Positions 19,707 through 30,955 of a DNA stretch of 64,000 nucleotides are shown here, piece by piece. Source of the stretch: Candidatus Gottesmanbacteria bacterium (GTDB taxonomy: Bacteria; Patescibacteriota; Microgenomatia; 2-02-FULL-39-11). The stretch covers positions 129,357 to 193,356 of the forward strand of contig JACPKY010000001.1 in assembly GCA_016186795.1 (NCBI GenBank), in the 5' to 3' direction. Below the pieces are notes generated by a model. It made no database searches, was not told the DNA's origin, and saw only the letters and a list, made by a program, of their open reading frames with translations. The translations under genes and the position numbers were made by a program. Every line of letters starts with the position of its first letter. Position 1 is the stretch's first letter.

Positions 19707-20627
19707 ATGATCATTTTTCTCACCCTTCTTGCCAAAATTATTCCTCTTTACGTTGTTATCCTGATTGGATTTCTTTCTGGAAAACTTCTGAAAGTCCATA
19801 AAGAATCCCTTGCGAAAATTCTCCTTTACATCATTGTCCCTGCTGTTATGCTCCAAACTGCACTCACAACTCGTATTGCCGCAAATACGTTGAGCCTGCC
19901 GATTCTTCCATTTCTTATTGGAACTGCCTTTGCTATTTTTTTCTACCACGCAGGGAAATTTTTCTATAAAGACGCAACCCGCAATATCCTGGCATTTACA
20001 TCAGGGACTGCCAATGTGGGATATTTTGGATTGCCGGTTGCAATTTTACTTTTCCCACCTGAGGTAGTGAATTTTTACGTTCTTGCAATTCTTGGAAGCG
20101 TTGTTTATCAAAATTCTGTCGGATTTTACATAACCGCTTCAAGCCACCACAGTCCGAGAGAGGCTCTTGTCCATGTCCTAACTCTTCCAACACTTTATGC
20201 ATTTGCCCTTGGCATCGCCTTGAACCTTGGGAATTTTCCGCTTCGTCTCCCTATGGCAGAATTTTTACAAAACTTCCGAGGCGCGTATGCAGTACTTGGC
20301 ATGATGATGGTTGGTTTGGGTATTGCCGATATGAAAAGGCTTGCTTTTGATGGAAAGTTTATTTCTCTTGCTTTTTTTGCAAAATTTCTTCTGTGGCCGG
20401 CGGCAATGATAGGAATTATTTTCCTTGACCAAACGATTTTCCATTTCTTTACACCACAAATTCATCACGTACTCCTCCTCTACTCTCTCATGCCAATGGC
20501 TGCTGATACCGTCTCTGTTGCAACACTTCATCGGGCAGAACCGGAAAAGGCAGCCCTTGCCGTATTTCTCTCTACTCTTCTTGCCCTTATCTCCATTCCA
20601 CTGGTTGTAAGCCTTTTTGGGATATAA
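19707..20627 (+). CDS. AEC-family (auxin efflux carrier / malate permease-like) transporter
   Basis: 306 aa, 8-10 TM, two homologous halves, N-terminus MIIFLTLLAKIIPLYVVILIGF. Confidence 0.75.
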   Translation: MIIFLTLLAKIIPLYVVILIGFLSGKLLKVHKESLAKILLYIIVPAVMLQTALTTRIAANTLSLPILPFLIGTAFAIFFYHAGKFFYKDATRNILAFTSGTANVGYFGLPVAILLFPPEVVNFYVLAILGSVVYQNSVGFYITASSHHSPREALVHVLTLPTLYAFALGIALNLGNFPLRLPMAEFLQNFRGAYAVLGMMMVGLGIADMKRLAFDGKFISLAFFAKFLLWPAAMIGIIFLDQTIFHFFTPQIHHVLLLYSLMPMAADTVSVATLHRAEPEKAALAVFLSTLLALISIPLVVSLFGI

Positions 20628-20702
20628 ATTGTACTTGACGGTCTCAATAACAAGATCTATTAATAGATATCCCTTGATGAAGAAGCAGATTTCTGGTCCA
20701 AT

Positions 20703-20900
20703 TTGGATCTATCGGAGTATTTAGAACCTTCAGATTTTGAACGAGTAAGCTTTCCAAATCTCAAACCTACAACCATTCCTATTTCTATAAGGATTCCTAA
20801 GTATCTCCTCAATCGAGTGAAGGAAAAAGCGAATGAGTTGGCGATACCATATCAAAGCCTCATCAAGCAATATATCCAAAAGGGTGTAATGTCAAAATAA
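20703..20900 (+). CDS. BrnA/CopG-like ribbon-helix-helix antitoxin (orphan)
   Basis: C-terminal ...NELAIPYQSLIKQYIQKGV matches the BrnA antitoxin GIPYQTLIK signature. No BrnT-like partner adjacent. Confidence 0.55.
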   Translation: MDLSEYLEPSDFERVSFPNLKPTTIPISIRIPKYLLNRVKEKANELAIPYQSLIKQYIQKGVMSK

Positions 20901-20907
20901 AAAATAT

Positions 20908-20990
20908 AGCCAGATATATATCGATGGGATGCGAACGAAAATGAATTCGTTCGGTTCATGCAATATACATCTGGCTAAAGAATCTTTTTG
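20908..20990 (+). terminator. Nested hairpin (agccagatatata...tatacatctggct enclosing cgaacg/cgttcg) followed by T-run
   Basis: Read directly downstream of 20900 stop. Confidence 0.45.
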
Positions 20991-21066
20991 GCGAGCGCTC
21001 GGTTTTACCTGATTTCTGACTTTAGGCGGTCTTGTTTCTAACCGGTTTCTTACGTTTGTGCTTGCC

Positions 21067-21666
21067 TTATGTGGGCTTGTGTCTGGATCGTTTCTCCTCT
21101 TCTTCCTTCAGTATCGCGGCATAGGTTTCTTGACACTGCTTGCATTTTTGAAGATGCTTCCATGTCTTCGGAAAGCTTTTTGCCGGGTTAGATGCGTTGA
21201 CGTACTGACGCCATCTTTCCTGGCTGGGATGCCGGACCCTAAGAAAGGAGAGATCGGGTGCTGGAAGATGAAGGACTACAGGTAGCCGACCTTCGATCTC
21301 TGCAAGGGACAAATCCAGCAGTTCTACATACATCTGGGCGCAACTTTCGCACCGATCCAGATGCTGTTTGACTGCCGGAAACATCTTTGCCACAGGATCG
21401 CCTGAAGCTTCTGCTTGAACGTAGGACGGCAATGCATTCAGGACGAATTTGTGTGAGACGGATGTTTCTTCTCCACCGAAGACAGCTAGTGCAAACCGTC
21501 TCAGTTGAGGGGGAAGTTTTTTGCCTTGCTTGCCCTTCAGCTTCTTTCGCAGTTCCGCAAGCCGCGCGTCTTGTTGCGTACTCATGTTTTTTTCCTTGAG
21601 CGATGGAGATTTACTCACCTCTGCATTATGCATAAGGTGAATAGACTCACCCTCAATAGTGTTCAC
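21067..21666 (-). CDS. Hypothetical protein with two HLxxCxxC motifs (zf-HC2 anti-sigma-like?) in a ~50% GC patch
   Basis: HLDRCESCAQ and HLQKCKQCQETY. 199 aa. Confidence 0.5.
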   Translation of the reverse strand: MNTIEGESIHLMHNAEVSKSPSLKEKNMSTQQDARLAELRKKLKGKQGKKLPPQLRRFALAVFGGEETSVSHKFVLNALPSYVQAEASGDPVAKMFPAVKQHLDRCESCAQMYVELLDLSLAEIEGRLPVVLHLPAPDLSFLRVRHPSQERWRQYVNASNPAKSFPKTWKHLQKCKQCQETYAAILKEEEEKRSRHKPT

Positions 21667-21766
21667 ACTTCAACCCTGCCCGATGTGCCTCTTTCGAGCG
21701 GGCTAGGTTTGACTATGTGAAGGTGCTTGAACAAGCGCCGCGCCTAAGATTCGTGGAGGTATTATA

Positions 21767-21778
21767 TATACTATAGGA
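21767..21778 (+). promoter_or_regulatory. TATACTATAGGA motif copy C
   Basis: Read directly. Confidence 0.35.
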
Positions 21779-21828
21779 TAAATAAATCAAGGGCTATTGA
21801 CGAACTAAAAAGAGGGATTAAGTACAAA

Positions 21829-22644
21829 TTAATTCTTAGAAAATGATTTTGAAGGAGGTGGTGGATTCCTCCAGGCAGGAGGATTTGCATTTTTAGGATA
21901 TTTGACAATTCTACGTGCTTTTTGTTCAGCTTCTAAAGAATATTCCTGCACTGTGTATCGGTGATTTGGCCTTTGCTCTAAATAGTCAACAAAATCTCTG
22001 GAAATTCGTTCTCGGTCTTGTTCAGTAAGTCTTTCTCCTTCAGGACCAAATTCATCCATAATACTTAATAACGAGTGAGCTTTTTTAACTACGTGACTGG
22101 TCATGCTAAAGGAATCAATTTCTACTTGACTTTGCATAATATCAATTCCAAATTCTTCCAGCAAAAGAATGATACCTAAATCTTGCTGTTTTACACGGTC
22201 GGTTGGCGCTTTATAATAACAATTTCCCTTGCGATCAATTGCCACAAATAAATCATCCTGTTGTTTGGAATATAAAATACGCACTACCATTAGATCGCCT
22301 GAAGACTTCTCACCTGCAATTTTCATCTCATCAACAAAAGAAACATCATAAAACATTTCATAATCCGGAATTTTATCCTCATCCTGGGGATCTAAAGGAG
22401 TCCCAGATATCTCATGATCAATCACTCTTTCTAAACCAGGTGGAATCGGAGTTGGTTTGCCATCCTTCCAGCCCTCCACGGATATAAGAAAATGGCTGGG
22501 GGCAGCAGGATCAACATTTAACTGATTAATTATTAATGTCTCAAATGCACCACGCATAAGGCTGGGACTTAAATATCCGCCTACTTTATCTTTTTTATAC
22601 CCGGAAAATTCCTGTATATTGGCTTCAGGAGGAGTTTCTATCAT
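21829..22644 (-). CDS. Hypothetical protein (271 aa)
   Basis: Clean ORF, no recognised domain. Confidence 0.55.
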   Translation of the reverse strand: MIETPPEANIQEFSGYKKDKVGGYLSPSLMRGAFETLIINQLNVDPAAPSHFLISVEGWKDGKPTPIPPGLERVIDHEISGTPLDPQDEDKIPDYEMFYDVSFVDEMKIAGEKSSGDLMVVRILYSKQQDDLFVAIDRKGNCYYKAPTDRVKQQDLGIILLLEEFGIDIMQSQVEIDSFSMTSHVVKKAHSLLSIMDEFGPEGERLTEQDRERISRDFVDYLEQRPNHRYTVQEYSLEAEQKARRIVKYPKNANPPAWRNPPPPSKSFSKN

Positions 22645-22716
22645 TTTGTTCTCATGATAGCATATTATTTCTTATAAGTTGACTTCATAACCTAGCATGT
22701 TATACTATATCACTCT

Positions 22717-23088
22717 ATGTCTTTAAATATCCGGGAAATTTTCCAAAAACACGAATACGCAACTTTTCTTGTCGGCGGAATTGTAGGTTTTATCCTTCTT
22801 CTGATTGGACTCGGAGTAAGAAATATTACCGGCGGATCAAGTGCCACGCCAACACCAACTTTGACTCCTACTCAAACTCCAGCACCAACACAGATCCCTT
22901 CTCCAACTATTGGGAAAGAACCAACGGCAAAACCAACGGTCAAAACTCCAACCAAAACGCCAACGCCTTCATCTGGACCAACATCAAGTCAATCACCTTC
23001 GGCAACACCAACTACTGCACCCACAAATACCCCAGCTGCGACAAACACGCCAACAACAGCTCCACCAAGCGCAACTCCTACTTCTTAA
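22717..23088 (+). CDS. Membrane-anchored Thr/Pro-rich low-complexity protein
   Basis: N-terminal TM then TPTPTLTPTQTPAPTQ... repeats. Confidence 0.45.
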   Translation: MSLNIREIFQKHEYATFLVGGIVGFILLLIGLGVRNITGGSSATPTPTLTPTQTPAPTQIPSPTIGKEPTAKPTVKTPTKTPTPSSGPTSSQSPSATPTTAPTNTPAATNTPTTAPPSATPTS

Positions 23089-23089
23089 A

Positions 23090-23761
23090 TTATTCTGAAA
23101 CTGTGGGGGTAATTTCTCCAGTCGGAGAAATTGTCTCTACTACTGTGGGAGATATCTCGACAGAAGTCGGTTCTTGAGGAGTATGAGTCCCGGTTGGCAC
23201 TGAATCTATAATTGCCGAATGCCCATCTTCTTTCAACTCGCCGTTTACTCCATCGACAAAAATAACTTGAGATTCTGAAATGACAATTGATACGTCACTT
23301 TTTGCCTCTTTAATAATCTCAAATGAGAATGATGGAAGATTGACAACTCCTTGAGGAGCTGAATTTTCCGATTCTGCCCCATACAGTATTTTAAAACTCC
23401 CCTGATTATTGGCTTTCTCAGAATCTGTACCTTTCAAGAAACTCATACCATCTGCTTTTTTGGACGGATCGATTGATTGCAGTTTTAAATGACTTGAATC
23501 AAACCGGATACTTAAAAGTACTGAGGCAATTTTTCTATTTCCAATTCCAACAATTTTAGCGGCAACCGAAATTCTTTCTTCGACACTTCCCTTTTGCGAT
23601 TTAGGAAAAAGAGAAAGTTTTATTTCCCGATCGGAAACTGTTGCTTGAGTACGAGTTTCCTGTTTTTGTGTGGAGATATTTTGAGATAAAAAGACTGTAA
23701 GAACAGCAAGAACCGCTGTTGCGGCGATAATCGATCCAACATATATTTTTTTCTTACTCAT
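23090..23761 (-). CDS. N-terminally membrane-anchored cohesin-like beta-sandwich protein
   Basis: TM at N-terminus. ~140-aa beta-rich module (ISVAAKIVGIGNRKIASVLLSIRFDSSHLKLQSI). Start abuts the stop of the dockerin-bearing protease gene. Confidence 0.45.
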   Translation of the reverse strand: MSKKKIYVGSIIAATAVLAVLTVFLSQNISTQKQETRTQATVSDREIKLSLFPKSQKGSVEERISVAAKIVGIGNRKIASVLLSIRFDSSHLKLQSIDPSKKADGMSFLKGTDSEKANNQGSFKILYGAESENSAPQGVVNLPSFSFEIIKEAKSDVSIVISESQVIFVDGVNGELKEDGHSAIIDSVPTGTHTPQEPTSVEISPTVVETISPTGEITPTVSE

Positions 23762-26700
23762 TAGAACTCCATTGCGTCCAAAAGAATCTTCAAATCATTC
23801 TGATCAACTTTCCCATCTCCGTTGAAGTCTCCATCTTGATGGCCACGGGTTGTCGTCCTACCGTTATTTCTTAACCAGATAGTATAGTCTACTCCATCAA
23901 CCCGATTATCACCATTCGCATCACCCAAGACTTGTGGTTTCGGGGTGGATGTTGCGGAAGGAATACCCTGAGAACGAACTGTTGGAGAAGGAATAACCGT
24001 TGGTATGCGAGTCGGGGTTGGCGATGCGACCGAACTCTCCGGTAGGAAAGTACTGCCAGCTGATGACCCTCGCTTTATATAAAACCATAGATGTGTCCCT
24101 TGCAAAGTATTCTCTGGACTATTGAGATAGTTTTTGTCGTTTATCGCAACAAAGATATTTGGTTGACAGGTGCCATCAGTTTTCCCATTCCCTGCTCTAT
24201 TTGGATACTCTTTCTTGGGATAGCGGACAACCCACCCAGTACAAACAAATCCATTCGGAGGTGTAAAGGTGATGGATACCCGTCCAGGATTTTTCTCATC
24301 AATTCGGAAGTACTCGGTCTTGTAGACCATATCAGACCGTGGTAAGAATCGTGTTTGAGGCTTTTGACAAATCCACTCGCTATTTCTCGTTCCACCCAAT
24401 TGGTAACTTACCTGAAGATCCTGAGATTGAGAAACTCCAGTGCATACTGGCGGCCGGTGACCCCAGAAAATAATATCTTGAAATGATGAAACTCCGCTTT
24501 CTGTCAAGGACTCATTTACAATAGTATTGGTATCGATAATTCTTCGCGTTTCCCGTATCTTCCCAACGACCGATCCCAAAGCAACTAGAGATGGTGAGGG
24601 AGTCGGCGTGCGTGTCACTGTTGGGGTGGGTGTTTTTGTTGCCGTCGGTGTTGGTGTCCGAGTCGCAGTAGGAGTGGCCGTTGGCGTGGGAGTTCTGGTT
24701 GGAGTTGGTGTTGCAGTAAGAGACGGTGTCGGAGTTCTAGTTGGAGTTACCGTTGGGGTGGGAGTACGTGTAGGTGTAGGACTCGGTGTTTTTGTCGGAG
24801 TTATTGTTACGGTAGGAGTTGCGGTTGCCGTCGGTGTTGGCGTACGAGTGGATGTCGGCGTAGGCGTACGAGTAGGAGTTGGTGTCCTTGTAGGTGTAGC
24901 AGTTGGCGAAGAAGTCACAGTAAGAAATGGCGTCGGAGTTCTGGTTGGGGTTGGAGTGCTTGAGGGAGTAACTGATGGAGCTATAGAAGGACTGCAGGTA
25001 CATAAACTATCATCTGGACATACATTATTTCTGCACTGCAAAACAAATGGGTCACAATAGAAAGATGTGCATTCACTATCGCTTGTGCAATAATTATTGC
25101 ACGAAAGATTTGTTACTGGAGATGGTGTCGGAGTAAGTGTTGGAGGCGAAACAAAAATCACGGTAACGGGAATAGAGGTAATAGCGCTATTTTGCCCAAG
25201 TCGAGCGATCACAAAAATATCGCCATTACCAGATTCCTGTGGAATAAATGATGTCAGATCACCACTTGTCCTGGTAAGGGTGCCAATGGCAAAGGGCTCT
25301 CTCGAACTTATCCCCCACTCATAGGTAACGCCTGAAAAGATCGGTTGAGAATTTATGTCATAGGCAAGAGCAGAAATATTTACAGGACTTCCTCCAAGAT
25401 CAACAGAAATAATCTCCGGATTAACTCTGACATATGCAAGCGTTTGACTAGGTGCTGGAGTCGGTGTAGGTGTTTTTGTGCTGGTTGGAGTAGGTGTTTT
25501 TGTAGGAGTTGGAGTCCTAGTAGGTGTAGTAGTCTGGGTTGGAGTACGCGTCACTGTTGGGGTGGGTGTTTTTGTTGGGGTTGGAGTTTTGGTTGGTGTT
25601 AAGGTATGAGTCGGAGTTATTGTCAATGTTGGACTTGTCGAAATTGACGGTATTGGTGTGAATGTGGGATACGCTGTCACAAAGGGAATTATCAACACTT
25701 GCGCGGTTGTCATGTAGTACCACCAGTTATTTTTGTGGCCTAAACTATCAACTCCGGATACATGAGGAACATGTGAGAACATCCATCGTAGATAATTGTA
25801 TTCACTATTTTCCGGACATCCCCATGTTTGACAATTTATATTTTGAGCTTCTTGAGACAGATTTGGATAAGAGGTAAAACTCTCACATTGCGAAGGTACT
25901 GTTTGACTATTTGCGTAATCATAATCAATATCGGCATTGGCAGGATTATGAGTGTCTCCACAGCCAAACACCGATTGACTGGAATAATTGTGTTTGTTTG
26001 AGCGGAAATCTCCCCAACTTATGCCATAGCTATTTCTTGTGTATCCGATATACCTATCAAAGATAGCTTCAGCTCTATGACCCATATCATGAAGCATGGA
26101 ATCCATCCCTCGTTCATAATTAAAGCCCATGATGTGAATTGGTCTTTGACAATTTACATTGGAAACGACTGGACCATTGGTCCAAAATGCTCCAGTACCG
26201 GCCATATTTGCTTCAAAGAAACCAGTTCGAGGCGGTCCAGTGATCCAAAGCTCATCTATCTCTCCCCGATTTACCATCTCGCAAATATTTTGTTCCAGTA
26301 AAATTTTAGTGTAATTGGCAAAATCATTACTTGGTGGCTCATTGCATGGACCTTTCCCTTCCAAACAAGCAAATAATGTTTCACCTGTATAGTCAAATCC
26401 ATTTTGTTTTTCCGGCATATCATCAAGTTCTCTTATTCCAACAATTTGATATTTCACCCGACCATGACTTACTTCCTCCAATTCGCGAGCATACTGATCT
26501 ATCTGTTCATACGGATTATTCCAATTGTAATAATCAATAAGAGATCCGTTATTTAGGGATGGAACTTTTGGGTTATAGATAAGGGCAAATACTCGCGGGA
26601 AAACATATTCTTGTTGCCCAGTTGGGGTAGGAGAAAGGAAGGGAGTCGGTGTAGATGATATCAAAGGATTTTGAGTCGGTGTTGGTGTTCTTGTAGGAGT

Positions 26701-28926
26701 AGGCGTTCGAGTCGGCGTCACTGTTGGTGTATTTGTGGGAATACAACTGGCTGGCGCAATAGTAGGTGTAGCACCGGCTTGTGTCGTCTCTATATAGGGT
26801 GTAAAGTGGAAATCGACTATATCTGCACCCCAACTCGTCCCGCTATTGTTGGATGTAAATGGTTGCCCGGACGGATTGGCATAACAGCTGCTACTATTTG
26901 AAAACTGCCATGAGTAGGATCCACCGGTATTGGAAAGAATAAGAGCGTAAAGTTGGCCTTGCTGTATAGAAACTGCGGGAGAAAACGTAAATATATTTCC
27001 GCAAAGAACATTTGTGGATGCTATATCTGCCCCTGTTGGATATCCATTGAGAGTTGCACGAAGATGAAGGGTCGTCGTACCAGCGCCTCTAGTGCCGGCA
27101 ATAGCAACATGTGTGAGAAACCCGGATTTGGTTGGAACAAACGTTTGCGCCTTCCAGACAGTATTTGTTACTTGTGTTGTAGATGTGGAAACTGATGAGC
27201 ATGCCTGATCTTGAAATGTATATGAACTGCCAGTTGGGACAACTGAAGCAGTCGGAGTAGGTGTACGAGTTGGAGTGGGAGTTCTAGTAAGAGTAGGAGT
27301 AGGGGTAAAGGTAAGAGTAGGAGTACTAGTGGGATTTGGGCTAACTGTATTGGTAGGTGGCGCAATGGCGGAAATGGCAGCATTGGCATTTACTTTTCCT
27401 TTTGACCAATATGTTCCTGTACCCAATATTGAATCTGCTGTATTTTCCAAAACATCCCTAACTCCTTGATTGGAAAAATTTGGGGAAAGATGCCAAATGA
27501 GTGCGGCAATCGCTGAAACAAAAGGTGTGGACTGAGATGTCCCGGCTGCCCATGCATAAGATTCAGCATACAAAGGGTCATAGTTTGTAGAAAAAATACA
27601 GTCAATATAATTATCTATAGTACAATCGCCCCCAGGAGCTGCTACATCAACCCAAGATGCGCTATATTCAGAATATGATGCTTTCTGCCCATTTCTATCC
27701 GTTGCTGCAACAGCAATCACTTGGGAATAGGCTGCAGGATACATTACAGGATTTGTTGAGTCACAATTGGGATGATCGGAAGGATTTCCACAGTTTCCCG
27801 CTGCTGCAACAAGCAAGAATCCGGCATTCCAAGCACGCCCAATAGCACTTTGTATTGAAACTGATGGATATTCTCCCGCAAGACTCATATTGATAACAAC
27901 TTTTTTCCCTGAGTAAGCTGATATAACTTGATCAATCCCGGCAACCAATGATGAGGTAAAAACCGAACCGTATTGATTGGCAACTTTTACTGAAACCAGT
28001 TTTGTCTCAAAACCTGTTCCGGCAATACCAATTCCATTATCGGTCAGAGCAGCCGCAATTCCTGCAACGTGCGTCCCATGCCATAAATCGTCGCCACCGC
28101 CTGAAACACACGGTAAAGAAATACAGTTATACCAGGCAAGAACCTTCGAAGATATATCCGGATGAACCGTACTTATGCCCGAATCCAGAACTGCAATTAA
28201 AACGTTGCCCGAACTATCTCCCCGCGTTTTATCCCAAGCATTAAAGGCAGAAATATCTGGAAGTGCCCATTGGTATGAATTTATAAACTCATCATTGGGT
28301 AAATAGGATGTATGAAGAATGTAGTCTGGTTCAGCATACTCAACCTCGGGAAGAGTTTTATAGTCAGCAATTACTTGAGAGATATCAACGTCTTGAGAAA
28401 GTGGTTGTTTTGCGATAACGAGCTCTTCTCCTTGCAATGCCGATTCGATCAGTGAATTTCTTTCTTCAACTTTGGTGATTGCCGCAATTTTTTCTTCCGG
28501 AAGCTTCCCGCCTGTTAAACGTGTGCCAAAATCAGTAAGTTCCTGAATTGCTGCGCCAAGGAGAGTACTTCTGGTATTTTCTCTTTGAGAAGCAATTCGA
28601 TGTAAAGCAGAAAGCGACTGGCCTGATTTGTATTTTACAATTACTCGATCAGTGGCATAGGGAATACCTCCAGTTTCGGAACTTGCCGAATGAAAAAATC
28701 CACCTTCAGGAATTTGTTGTGAAGGTGGCAGGGGTTTTTTAGGTTTAGAAGTCGGTTTTGCTTTGGCTGGTGGTCTAACTGTTGGTTTTGAGGTAGGTGC
28801 TTTCGATGGCGAGGGATTTTGTGCAGAGACTTCTGATGTATAAAAATTTAACAGGATTCCCGCACTTACAACAAGAACTATGCCGAAAATCCAAGGCAGT
28901 TTCCGCATAGTTCTACTTTGATACAC
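23761..28926 (-). CDS. Giant secreted subtilisin-like (S8) serine protease with TP-rich linkers and C-terminal type-I dockerin
   Basis: Signal peptide. Asp (AVLDSGI), His ([11 protein letters not shown]), Ser ([16 protein letters not shown]) triad. C-terminal [16 protein letters not shown]...[17 protein letters not shown] calcium-binding dockerin repeats. Cys-rich and HDMGH-containing middle domains. Confidence 0.85.
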   Translation of the reverse strand: MYQSRTMRKLPWIFGIVLVVSAGILLNFYTSEVSAQNPSPSKAPTSKPTVRPPAKAKPTSKPKKPLPPSQQIPEGGFFHSASSETGGIPYATDRVIVKYKSGQSLSALHRIASQRENTRSTLLGAAIQELTDFGTRLTGGKLPEEKIAAITKVEERNSLIESALQGEELVIAKQPLSQDVDISQVIADYKTLPEVEYAEPDYILHTSYLPNDEFINSYQWALPDISAFNAWDKTRGDSSGNVLIAVLDSGISTVHPDISSKVLAWYNCISLPCVSGGGDDLWHGTHVAGIAAALTDNGIGIAGTGFETKLVSVKVANQYGSVFTSSLVAGIDQVISAYSGKKVVINMSLAGEYPSVSIQSAIGRAWNAGFLLVAAAGNCGNPSDHPNCDSTNPVMYPAAYSQVIAVAATDRNGQKASYSEYSASWVDVAAPGGDCTIDNYIDCIFSTNYDPLYAESYAWAAGTSQSTPFVSAIAALIWHLSPNFSNQGVRDVLENTADSILGTGTYWSKGKVNANAAISAIAPPTNTVSPNPTSTPTLTFTPTPTLTRTPTPTRTPTPTASVVPTGSSYTFQDQACSSVSTSTTQVTNTVWKAQTFVPTKSGFLTHVAIAGTRGAGTTTLHLRATLNGYPTGADIASTNVLCGNIFTFSPAVSIQQGQLYALILSNTGGSYSWQFSNSSSCYANPSGQPFTSNNSGTSWGADIVDFHFTPYIETTQAGATPTIAPASCIPTNTPTVTPTRTPTPTRTPTPTQNPLISSTPTPFLSPTPTGQQEYVFPRVFALIYNPKVPSLNNGSLIDYYNWNNPYEQIDQYARELEEVSHGRVKYQIVGIRELDDMPEKQNGFDYTGETLFACLEGKGPCNEPPSNDFANYTKILLEQNICEMVNRGEIDELWITGPPRTGFFEANMAGTGAFWTNGPVVSNVNCQRPIHIMGFNYERGMDSMLHDMGHRAEAIFDRYIGYTRNSYGISWGDFRSNKHNYSSQSVFGCGDTHNPANADIDYDYANSQTVPSQCESFTSYPNLSQEAQNINCQTWGCPENSEYNYLRWMFSHVPHVSGVDSLGHKNNWWYYMTTAQVLIIPFVTAYPTFTPIPSISTSPTLTITPTHTLTPTKTPTPTKTPTPTVTRTPTQTTTPTRTPTPTKTPTPTSTKTPTPTPAPSQTLAYVRVNPEIISVDLGGSPVNISALAYDINSQPIFSGVTYEWGISSREPFAIGTLTRTSGDLTSFIPQESGNGDIFVIARLGQNSAITSIPVTVIFVSPPTLTPTPSPVTNLSCNNYCTSDSECTSFYCDPFVLQCRNNVCPDDSLCTCSPSIAPSVTPSSTPTPTRTPTPFLTVTSSPTATPTRTPTPTRTPTPTSTRTPTPTATATPTVTITPTKTPSPTPTRTPTPTVTPTRTPTPSLTATPTPTRTPTPTATPTATRTPTPTATKTPTPTVTRTPTPSPSLVALGSVVGKIRETRRIIDTNTIVNESLTESGVSSFQDIIFWGHRPPVCTGVSQSQDLQVSYQLGGTRNSEWICQKPQTRFLPRSDMVYKTEYFRIDEKNPGRVSITFTPPNGFVCTGWVVRYPKKEYPNRAGNGKTDGTCQPNIFVAINDKNYLNSPENTLQGTHLWFYIKRGSSAGSTFLPESSVASPTPTRIPTVIPSPTVRSQGIPSATSTPKPQVLGDANGDNRVDGVDYTIWLRNNGRTTTRGHQDGDFNGDGKVDQNDLKILLDAMEF
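24560..24960. repeat. Tandem PTxT(R/K)TPTPT linker repeats inside the S8 protease gene
   Basis: Repetitive acNggNgt periodicity. Generates spurious antisense ORFs (VGVGV...). Confidence 0.8.
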
Positions 28927-28948
28927 TTACAAGGGGAAGTCAAGGAGA

Positions 28949-28968
28949 GTATTTCACATGTGAAATAC
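28949..28968. promoter_or_regulatory. Perfect 20-bp palindrome gtatttcacatgtgaaatac between argS stop and protease start
   Basis: Read directly. Terminator for argS or operator for the protease gene. Confidence 0.35.
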
Positions 28969-28969
28969 T

Positions 28970-30940
28970 TCACATTCTTTCGACTGTTTCGATTCCGAGA
29001 AGATATAATCCCTTATTAAGAATGTGGGCAGTTGCGGTTGTTAGGAAAAGACGAAATTCTGTGCTAGTGGATCCGCTCTTATTACCAGAACCAAGAATGG
29101 AATGTTTATTGTAAAAGACATTGAATTTTCCGGCTATTTGAAATAAATATGAACACAAAAGGTTTGGTGAAAGAGTCTCTGCGCTCCCAAGGACAACTTC
29201 GGGGAAACGGTAAAGAGTACGAAGAAGAACTTCTTCTTCTGTGTTTAATTCCAGAGAAGATAGTTTCAGAGAGCTTTCGTCAATTTGCGACTTTGATTTA
29301 TTGGCACTTTTCCACTTGCGAAGGACACTTTTGCACCGGGCGTAGGTGTAGAGAAGGTAGGGACCAGAATCACCATCAAGTGAGACTGATTCCTCAAGAT
29401 CAAAGGCAATATCGATCTTGGGATTGACCCGAAGCATCGAATATTTCACCGCCGCGACCGAAACTTTTTCTGAAATATCTGCTTTGTTTCCTTCTCCTTT
29501 TCCAATTTTGGATTTCTCCATAATTTTCAATATCTTCTCTTTTGCTTCATCGAAAAGAGAGTCTGCAGTAATTACCTGACCGGTGCGAGATGACATTTTG
29601 CCGGATTTCAGGTGAACCATACCATAAGCTAAATGAAAATGCTTGCCTTTGTGACGAGGGAAAAGTATCTCGGTTGCTTTGTATCCGATTTGGAAAAAAT
29701 TACTCTGCTCATTGGCGACGTTATTTATAGAAAGATCATAGGGAAAGGTATTATATTCAAGCTCTTCCAAAGCTACTTCTTTCCCTTCGTAGGTGGCATA
29801 ATTTTCGGAAGTGACAAACACGCAGTTATTCAACCCGTACTTTTTACCAGGAAAGTAAATTGATCCGTCCTTATCTTTGATAAAAATCCCACTCTTTACA
29901 GCCTCAATTACAAGTTCCCTCCCTTGCCTTTCTACTTCACTTTCAAAAAAGAGACGGTCAAAGTAGGTGCCAACTCTTTTATATATCGAGTCAAAGTACT
30001 CTAAACTCCAGCCGCGAGTTTCCTCCCAGAGGGCAACACTTTTTGGATCTTCATAAATGGCTTTATTCATACCAATGATCTCTTTCTGAACCTTCTTGTC
30101 TTTTTCATATGCTTGACTCCCCTGCGCATACGCCCGACCCAAGAATTTTGCCTTTTCACGGGGTGTGAAACGGCGAATATGATCTAATTCAATCTTTTCA
30201 CGCTCAAGAATCTTTTTAACGCCCCAGATTGCTTTGGCAACATGAAGGCCAACATCTCCTTCATAGTTTGCCCTAAATACTTCTGTTCCAACCGCTTCCA
30301 GTATCCGAACCAGTGATTCGCCAATACTGATGTTTCTGAGATGCCCGATATGGAACTCTTTCAGAGTATTGGGATGGGCAAATTCAAGAAAAATCTTCTT
30401 GCCTTCTAACACGTGAGCAAGCGGTATCGTGGTAAATTTGGTTGATTTATCAGCCTTTTTGTAATTTAGCAGTTGAGAAATTAGAGTGATAAATACCTCT
30501 TTGCGGATCCAGAGGTTAATGAATCCCGGGCCCGCCACATCGGCCTTTTCCAATATATCCCTATATGTCAGTTTTCCCCCATTTTTCCCATTTTCCATAC
30601 CTTGGAGATGAACACTATCAGATATAAATGATGTCGTTTGATTTGTTTTGATATATTTATTGACCTGATCTGAGATTTGTTTTGCTAATTCAAGAGGACT
30701 CTTCTTCAAAACTCCGGCCAGTCGGAAGGCTACGTTTGTTGAATAATCCCCATAGTGGAAACTACCGGGATGCTCAAGGTGAATTGAAAAACTCTTCACT
30801 TTGGATAAATTTTCTGGGAAGGCCGTCACAACAACCTGTTTTACCATATCTCCAAGCAGAGCAACGTATGATGGTTCTTTTTCCCAATCAAGATTGGTAA
30901 AAAGCTTTGGTCTATCTAAAGGTGATTTTTGATCCTTCAT
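28970..30940 (-). CDS. argS: Arginine--tRNA ligase
   Basis: Class I HIGH (EFHIGHLRN) and KMSK-like (GKMSSRTGQ) motifs. 656 aa. DALYS-type anticodon-binding C-terminus. Confidence 0.9.
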   Translation of the reverse strand: MKDQKSPLDRPKLFTNLDWEKEPSYVALLGDMVKQVVVTAFPENLSKVKSFSIHLEHPGSFHYGDYSTNVAFRLAGVLKKSPLELAKQISDQVNKYIKTNQTTSFISDSVHLQGMENGKNGGKLTYRDILEKADVAGPGFINLWIRKEVFITLISQLLNYKKADKSTKFTTIPLAHVLEGKKIFLEFAHPNTLKEFHIGHLRNISIGESLVRILEAVGTEVFRANYEGDVGLHVAKAIWGVKKILEREKIELDHIRRFTPREKAKFLGRAYAQGSQAYEKDKKVQKEIIGMNKAIYEDPKSVALWEETRGWSLEYFDSIYKRVGTYFDRLFFESEVERQGRELVIEAVKSGIFIKDKDGSIYFPGKKYGLNNCVFVTSENYATYEGKEVALEELEYNTFPYDLSINNVANEQSNFFQIGYKATEILFPRHKGKHFHLAYGMVHLKSGKMSSRTGQVITADSLFDEAKEKILKIMEKSKIGKGEGNKADISEKVSVAAVKYSMLRVNPKIDIAFDLEESVSLDGDSGPYLLYTYARCKSVLRKWKSANKSKSQIDESSLKLSSLELNTEEEVLLRTLYRFPEVVLGSAETLSPNLLCSYLFQIAGKFNVFYNKHSILGSGNKSGSTSTEFRLFLTTATAHILNKGLYLLGIETVERM

Positions 30941-30955
30941 ATCGGGTTTATTTTA

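Noticed and set aside
24527-25060. Plus-strand ORF of VGVGV repeats
   Set aside because: Antisense reading of the TPTPT linker repeats of the S8 protease gene.
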